DNA from: Amphiscolops sp. MND2022
Taxonomy: Eukaryota
Length of the DNA: 64,000 nucleotides
NCBI GenBank assembly: GCA_964187785.1
Contig: OZ076409.1
Span: 18,044,001-18,108,000 of the forward strand
Direction: 5' to 3'
The notes beneath the pieces are model-generated. The model was not told the DNA's origin, made no database searches, and was given only the letters and a program-made list of their open reading frames with translations. This document shows, in pieces, positions 49,701-58,700 of the stretch (its first letter is position 1; each line of letters begins with the position of its first letter). Both the position numbers and the translations under genes were made by a program.

Positions 49701-52700
49701 GGCGCTGCTACTCAATTTATTAAGCTCACGGGTGATTGTGATGAAACGATCACGGGACAATAACTTGAACATTCTAGTTTGAATTCTTTGGGATTCCTTG
49801 CAACCAGGATACCATTCCGAAAAATTTGTTCACTCATAAAAAATGAATATAAAACCTACAACTTTAACTTCCATGAACGAAATTTAGGGTTTCGACTCCG
49901 TTCTTTGTTTCTTTCATTTTAACACATTACTTGAACCAATTTCTTTGAAATTGAACAGTGGAAGACAACGCTTGCGGTTTGAGAAAACATCAAACTTTGT
50001 GAAAGTTTTGTTGTTTTGAATGTTCATTTCTACAACAGGGTTTTAGATGATAAAAACATTATGATTGTGAAGGCAATTTTCAACTTTTTTGACGACTTTG
50101 ATACATCAACAAGCGCTGTTTTGGGATGTTCCTGGCTTGTTCCATCTTGCAGAGCTTCCAAAAGCAAATGAGAAATCAACTTTTCAACTTGAACCACAAA
50201 ATCAAAAATTTATTTTGTGGTTCAAAGTCGATGTCAGTTGCTTTGCTAACTTTAGGCTCCTAATCATGTAGTTTAGACCGTAGTAGGTCAAATTTTTTCA
50301 AACTCTTCACATTTGTGGGTGTAGGCGCGGATGACGAGTCACAGAAACTTTTTACATGTTCATGAAATAACTCACTTGTACAAGCGAACGATTCAGAGAA
50401 ATCCCTGGTGTCATTCTCCAATCCGTGCAACTTCGTTACAATGGCGCAGTGGTATATATAGGACGCAGGCAGGTTGTCGTACAAGTAGGGACTTCCAAAT
50501 TTGGTCATGTCGTCCTCAACTGTGTACCAACTTCCCCAGTCTCCGTCATTGGTGTTGGGTCTCTTTCTACAGACGAGTTCGAACCGCATGTCGTTCGTGT
50601 CCTGGCCACTGGCTGCCTCAAACTCTATTTGCAGTCTATAGGGCATGCCTGCTTGATCCAGGGGCTCCATTTTGGTGATGGACCCCGCAGATGGGCCCGT
50701 TTTTGCAGAAGTTGTCGCTGATGTTGACGTCAACGTAACAGGTGCACCAGTAGCTTCACAGACCAATATACTGCGCACTGAAAAAAGGTCTTCAAAATTC
50801 AACATTTGAAACAACTGAAACAACTTGCAGATGTCAACAAAAACACTTGTAATCAAGTTTTGGAACTATTGTAAACAACATTACGATGCATATCCGGCAA
50901 AAGTGATCACTTGTAAATGACTTGATGTAAATTTATCAAAGACCGTAGTAATCCATTAGTGTAGTGATGCAGCAAGTTCTAATATCAACGCGGTGAATTC
51001 TAGTCAAAACGCGTAGTTAGTAAACGGTGTAAAACAGTCAAAATTATTAAACTGGAGTTTCACTAATTGCCTAATGTGTAAATTAGTCAAAGTTTGACTG
51101 GTTTACGCTAATTTAATAATTACTTGAAACACATGAACTTATATTGAATAGTTGATTGACGCTTAATTACTTTTACTAAATTACACCTTAACTTTGACTG
51201 AATTACGCGAATAATTATTAAGTGCGTAATGCAGTCAATTAGTGTAATTTTTTGCTCCGGAAAGTAGTGTAAACCAGTCACTTTGTGATTTCTAGTCATA
51301 AAGTGTAACTAATTATCACTTGGTGTTATATGAGAAAAAGTGTAAAACTCTATTTATAATAATAACTCATCATTATCATAATAACCTGTGATTGGTTATT
51401 AATGCAAGTCGCAAGATCTGGGAAGTTGCTTGCGGGGATATGTATCGTAATGAAAATTTTGGACGTTCCCAGTGTTCGAAGCTATGGAACGCTTGCCGTG
51501 ATCATGGTTAATCTTGCTAAATCATGGTTAACCATGGTACCCTTCTCAAGATCGTGGCAAGATCATGGCAAGAGCTTGACAAGATAACCATGATTGGTCA
51601 TGGTTATTACCAAGGACATCATGTCGAAAATTCGCTTGAACCATTTTCAGTCATTGACCGTGTCCTTAGTTGGAAGGCTTGTCTATGAATGCGTGGAAGC
51701 GGGAATACCATGGTGACCGGGAATAACGTCTAAGGAATACTATCTAATGCAAAACGAGACTAACGTCTAAAGCGGCGAGCGGGAGCATGAATCTTGACAA
51801 AAATAAAACTGGGAGTTATCAAACAAATGCTACCATGGAACCCTTGTCAAAATCTTGGCACGGCTAGCAAAGAACTTGCCATGGATCTTGGCAAGAATAA
51901 AACTGGGAGTTATCAAACAAATGCTACCATGAAACCCTTGTCAAGATCTTGGTACGGCTAGCAAAGAACTTGTCATGGATCTTGGCAAGAATACCATGGC
52001 TTCGAACACTGGGTTGCCACCTCTGCGCTTTTCTTCGTGGCGGAAGCTGGTTTTTCAGTAATTATTTGATTTTAATACAATTAGGCTGAATGGCGAATCT
52101 TGGGATCACTTGAATATTTTTTGAAAACGAAATTTTTACAATTAATGTCTCAGCATGCAACAAATATAAATAATGAACTTGTTTACTGCTGTAGTTATCG
52201 AAATTTAATCACTTTTGAATGTTTCATTGGAACCAACTACTGGTTTAGAGTTCTAATCATTTAGAAATATTTTGAGTTTGATGTTTGTATAAAATTTTGG
52301 CAATGTAATGGAACATTCCTTTGGTGTCTTGACTCACCTTCGAAGTACACTGTATCCGCAAAGGGAATGTCTTCAATTTCGAAGTTGGAATTAGAAAGTG
52401 TGGTCCAAGTGTTGGTGACAGAGTCTTTGTACTCGTAGGTCACTGTGTCTGGGTTGGCACTGTCGTCATACGTCAAAGTCACAGAACCAGTGGGGTGATT
52501 GACTGTCGCTGTCAGATCTGCCACTGGACACGGATCTGTAGAAAAAAACGATGATCAAACTTGTATAAACATCATAAGTGTAGCTGATGTCCAGAACAAA
52601 AAATAATAGGATGGCACTAAGTTATTTATTGCGCTTAGTAATAAAAACGAGGGCGTTTTAGAAGTAATTGCGGTCACTGTGTGACATATATGGCATATGG

Positions 52701-55700
52701 ACAATGTTAATGGTCGAATAATATCGGGGTGGTACATTTAAGACCATCGCAATTCGAAATGAAAAGCAGGAACAGTATTTAGTGGAATACTATCTCAAAC
52801 TCTCTCAGCTAAACATAGCAAACTACTAGTCGTAATATCTTGAATTTTTTTAAATATAGAAATTAATTTATGGACCACAATTCTTTTTCGCACATTTCTT
52901 ATAATTGTGAAGTTCAAAGAAAGGCAACTTCCAAATTGTCTGTATCAAATTTTTTACTACTAAAGAAACGGACAACGAAAAAAAATTGATTTTAAATTTT
53001 CATGTTCCAAAGCCAGACACGTGTCGCAAGTACTTTGCATATCCTGTAATGACTTTACATCACAAGTAGAGAATGCTACTAACATGCACAATCACAAATT
53101 TCGTTGGTAGAGTCTTGATCCCACGTTCCAAAATGACCCTCGAATTTGACACACTCCTCGGAAGCACAAGTGGCGAATGAGAACACGTAGGGCACTTGAT
53201 CTGAATTGACAGTGGTGCCCGATGTTTGTACGTCACTCGATATGCTAAAAGAGTGCTGGTAGTTCAAACTCTATCGAAAGTTAGATTACCAGGTGGCCTA
53301 AAACATGGGATATTTCAATGCACTGAAGACGCCAAAGAGCATCATCAATTGAACACATCCCATGAAAGTAACCGACGTAGTAAGATGGCACGTTTTTTTG
53401 AAAGACACCCTGTTATACTATTGAAGCGTTTTTTTTCAGGTTTTACTGGAGACCATTCCAAAAATGCACAAATCATGTGAAAGGTAGTAAATCGGGCCGG
53501 TGAACTCACGGCAAAGTTTGACTATTTCATTGACAACCAAATCAATTTTTGCATTTTTCTTACATTTTTTTAGGTTTAGTCATTTCATGGTTTCCAGCAA
53601 TGAAAGAAATGGGGAGCTTCTTCTGCAAGTTCCCATGCATGGGATTACTATTTGAACGCATTTAATATAATCACAAAAGAGGTGGAAAGAAAGAATTATA
53701 AAACAAGACGCCCGCTGAGGAGCGGGATATTTTCCGCCCCGAACTGTTCTACAACTACATAAATTTGAGGCTCAAGAATAACTAATGCACTATAAAAACG
53801 CTGAGAAGTTCGAAGAAAAGAAAGCTTCGATTCATCTTGTCCATTTTTCTAATTCGCGGTGTCTCAAAAAATGGCAAAAATTGCATAAAAATGTTTTAAA
53901 ATGAGAAATTTGGGAATTTTTGTCATTTTCGGGGTCATTTTGTCATTAAGGGGTCATTTTGTCATTAAGGGGTCATTTTCGTCATTTTCGTCATTTTTTA
54001 AAAAAACTTCAAAAATCTCTACAAATACATATCGCACGAAGCTAAATTTATGTGGGTTGAATTCTATGGGTAACACCCTTAAATTTAAATATAAATAAAA
54101 TCTTGGCAAATTTTGTAAAAAAAAAAAAAAACCCGTTTGATTTAAATATTTTCCTTTCCCATATGAAATATGGGCGGAAAATAACAAGTGAATTTCGAAA
54201 AATGCCTCTCAGGTTCTTGATTTCAACTGAAAACAAAGGCATTTCATTGAGTCACAGATACTTACGTGAAAGTTGTTTCGCTATTTTTCTTGTTCACGTC
54301 TATTATCAGCGTGTCTTCAGTCCGTGCAACTTTGGTCAGTGCAAAATCCTCGATGCCTCCTTGCACTGTCACTGAAGACGAAGCAGAAGACAGTATATCC
54401 CCATTGGCACACGTTCTCTCCGAAATGAGGTTGAAAGTGTGAGGGGTCAGCTCTGTGAGTGTGACATCTTTAGTTGTGTCACTAAAGGCTACTGTGACGT
54501 CACTGGCACCTGGTGACTTAATCTTGAAGTTGTCGGCTATTCCGCCACTAGAGGGATCGGCAGCAGTCCACGCAAGTGTCACTGTGTCCCAGTCACTGTA
54601 CGTGGTATAAGTGAACCCAGTAGGGGGTAGCTGGATTGTACACCCTGTCAGCTCCACCTCGTTCGACAACCCTTGTCTGGTAACTTTGAGGACAAACGTA
54701 TACTCGGTGCCAGGACTCAAGTTTTTCAAGTTGATTTCTCCAAACTCTGCACTGAATTTGTAAGATGGAGAATTTTTGTCAGAAATCTCGTACGTGTGAC
54801 CAGTCAGATAGTCCCAAGTTACGTAAATCTCCGTTGTGCTGATTCCGAGAGCCTGAAACAGCTCTCGATTCAGATGTAACTCTTTTAGTGGGCCATTAAT
54901 AAACTTGACAAAACAAATTCACAAAGCATCATCTACTGTTTTTGCAATTACTTGTAAATTCTCATGATCATAATTGAAGAATGAAACATAGATTAAAAAT
55001 AAGCCAAGCAAAATTAGCTTATCTTTGCGGTGTTTGAAGCATGCCAACAAATCTAATTTTATATTGAAAGCGAGGTTATGTTGAAGCATTATCAGAAATC
55101 AGCATCAGTTGAGAGAATCCTATCTTTTTCAGTTGGTACCAACCAAGAGATGATGATTAATTGCGAGTAACCCGTTAAGTAGCAAAAGATCTACAACCTT
55201 TGTTTTAGGGGAATACCTATGAAAACATGGACGTACCTTAGGATTGGTAGGGGGTGCTGGTTTGGTATAAGCAATCAGCACTGTCTCTGCGGTGTAAGGG
55301 ATGCCAGCGACTCCAGGCGTGCAAGCAGCGGTCGTCTTCAATGTGATGGTGTACGTCGACGAAGCGGTCAGACCAGTGAAGCTATGCGCAGTTGTTGAAG
55401 TTGGCTGTGCATATGTCTGGGTACCGTATTTGATCTCATGCGCTAAGGAAGCAAAAGTTCAAGAAACATGAGAACCAAAAAGCGACGATATTTAAATGCT
55501 GACCCTAACTTTGGTACTTGATAAGGTACGTTTAATAAGGTATCAAGTTGAGAATCCGCCCCATCAACCTTTGATAGGCTGACTGTTTACTAGATATAAT
55601 TTGGGGTGCTTATCACGAAAGGGTCTGAAGTTTTGACAGGATATTTTTTCATTCGGTCTCAACTGAAGTTTGTAACTTATAATTATCAAGTATACAAAAA

Positions 55701-58700
55701 TGCAACATGGGAATGGTGTCCAATTCCACAAAAAAACACTGAGATCTTGAAGTGAGGAAGTAAAACCAGCATATAGATAATGTGCGAAGCTGAATTACTA
55801 CACGAGTCAAAAGTTCTGCAGTTCACACTAAGAATTTTCTCCGTTTTTGACTATGATGAGCATATTTTCCAAAGGTTAAAACAATATTGCTTGACTTTGA
55901 TACAGTTTCATTATCGACATAATATAGAGACATTTTCATTTTTTGATACAAGCATACATGAATTAGTTTTTCCTCTTACCCGTTTCTCTGGTTCTATCCG
56001 GGATAAAAAATGTTTTTTGTAACTCCTTGGGGTGTACCAAGCTATGGTTCTATATTTGTAACCAAGTATCCAAGTGATGGTCAACTTGAATCTGTTCTTT
56101 CAAAGTGATTTTCTAAGATTAAAATGATTTTACTGTTTGTGTTGACTTCTGTTGGAGTATTTCACTGCCGATTAATGATGAATAAAAACACTGCTTGCAG
56201 AAATTAAAAAACTTTGATAAGACTGAAAATACGTACCTGTGTAGGTATCTATGAGTGTAAACGAGACGTCGATAGATACGTCGGTTTGAGCGGAGACCTG
56301 CAAGTTGGTAGCTTCTTTTGGTTGTGTGCATTGTTTCACCGCAGTAGTCGTCATGGGACCGGCTATCCCAGCATAAACGGATTGAGCTTTGTACTGGTAG
56401 ACTGTTCCTAAATAAGCCATTGAATCGTTAGGTAAAACAAGACGAGAACGTCTAAAGTCGGCGCCATATCTAAGGCTCAAAAAGACTCGAAAACCACTTT
56501 TTCTACAACTGGAGACAACAAAAGCTCTCAAAAAACTAAAAATTGAGAAAAAAAAATTCCGAATTTCTAAGTCGCATAGTGCCGAAAATGTAAAAGGGGG
56601 ACGCTTTTTCTCATGTTAGACGTTTTGGATGCGTTGAAAATGAAGTATTAAGTACTTATGGTAAAAGTTGGTAAATGTGCATTAATTGGATTAATGCACA
56701 AAAAGTGGACGTTACGCGTTGAACTGACGAAAAAAAACTAGCCACTGTAAGAGTCGGGATTTTCTTCGAAAACGCCGACTAAAAACGAGTGACTGTAATA
56801 GTCGGGCTCTTTTCTTAAGAAAAGCGCCGACTAAAAAAACATGTTCAGATGTTGAGATATCAGATGTAGCCAAGCTCTATTCGTTGAGAAATTCGAATCA
56901 TTAAAAATTCTTTTTGTAACTTAAGCGCCTCAGGAAAACAGCGTTGAAAGATGTATCGGTTGAATAAATGAAAATCCAGAGCGTTCAAAGAGAAGAAGAA
57001 GCAAAGAGGGCATTATCAAAAGTGGTGATTACGAATAGGGTTATACAAAATTTGGATACGAGCTCGTTGATTTTTTTAGGCTGGATAACATCTACATGAT
57101 ATATTTCCGGAAGCAAGTTGGCTAACAAAAAAATCTTCACAATTGTTTTTGATGCATTTTCGTAAATGCCCTCTTCAGGTTTTCATAGTTGGGATATGCG
57201 TCAAAAAGCCAACCTGGCGTTAGTCCTGTGTGGAAGTAAGTATCTCCTTTCAAAAGACCAGTAGTGATAGGCGTGTCATTTTCATCAAACAAAGAAATTG
57301 TTTCAACCTCCTCGGTGCTCGAAACTTCTACATTGATTTGAGTGGACGAATAGGAATATGCAGTGATGGTGGGGGCAGTTGCCGAGGTATAAATATCTTC
57401 AAACACGCTCGGACCATCTAACGTTGCTGATGGATCAGCACAAGTGTAAGTTGCATAAACTTCGACCGTGTAAAAGGAAGAAGCGTCCAGGTCGTTTTTA
57501 GTGAAAGAAGCCGTAGGAGTGTCTGAGTAAGAAGAAGTTCCCGTACCGACTTTGTATTTGTAACCTGTGACACCTCCTGACGGGGCATCCCATTGCACTG
57601 TGACGTCACCGGGAGCGTTGTTTGTGTATCGCAGGTTTTCTACAGGTCCCGGAAGAGTACAAACGTTAATGGGAGTTTTTGTGATTCTACATTTTTCGTC
57701 GGACTGTTGCGAGACTAAGTAAGAAACTTCATAAGTGTATGCGGTTCCATATTCAAGACTCGCATCATTGTCGATGTATATTTGATTCTTCAGGTCGTTA
57801 TTGATTGTAGTGGTGCCTCGTTTGACGGTGTAAGTGTTAGAAGCACTGTAAGCACTCAATTCCAGTTGAATCTCTTTGCCGCTCAACGCCGTGGCAGTTA
57901 CAGTTATGTCTGAGGGCGAATTGAGCAGAGTCAGTGACGCAACACTTGACGCATACACTTTGTCAACTGTCGCCCCAGTGCAGGTGAGGTATGGGCTGAA
58001 AAATTTTAAAATATGCCAGCTTTCTTAACCTGTCTTTTAAAAGCATGCAACCGACGGTGGCATATGATCAGCACAGTAACATGGTTCTATACAAGTCCCT
58101 TGAAGAAAAAAACATGAAAGTACCACGTGGAGCTATATAGCTCCATGTATAAAAATCGTAAATGTCTACAAAATTCCACGATGACTTTCATCTGGACTCA
58201 TATGAATGTTTAGAATTGTTTCCATTTGTTACGAAATTCGCTCTATTAACCGAAAAGGTTAAACTGTAAGCTATTATCAGACTTTAGACTGTTTTGTGAG
58301 TTACTGCATATCGAACGGGAGTGCTGTTCTTAAGTTTTAGAAAGCAATAAAGACGAACTCCTTGAAGTTTTTGTCCCGAAACCTCACATAGATTATTATT
58401 TATCATATGTTGTTTATTTTGTTCGGGAAAAGAAGAAACTTTTCGGGGGTGCTATTTCACTATAGTTTACTTTTTGCAATTAAAAAGATAAATGTACTGA
58501 ACCGTTTGCTGAGTCCAATTGGATTATATCAATGTTCAACAAACTCCCCTCACCCCAAAGTCAATGTCAAGATATACTGATGAACCTTGTTAACTATTTT
58601 ATCTGTCTGTCAGGCCTGGCATTTTTAGTGCCTGGAAGCCATAACGCCAAAATACCAATTTTCTAAATTGTTATTGAAATGTTGCCCATTGCAACAAAAT

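Noticed and set aside
49611..49800. Candidate exon with a GTAAGT donor
   Set aside because: Stops in all three frames over the segment, no FN3 motifs; exons 9 and 10 join in phase without it
53245..53297. Apparent frameshift at the start of exon 7 (PPGNLTFD...)
   Set aside because: A better acceptor at 53245 gives an in-frame join, so no pseudogene call is needed
55980..56112. Candidate extra exon with a GTAAG donor
   Set aside because: Stop codon in the frame entered from exon 4; exons 4 and 5 already join into an intact FN3 domain
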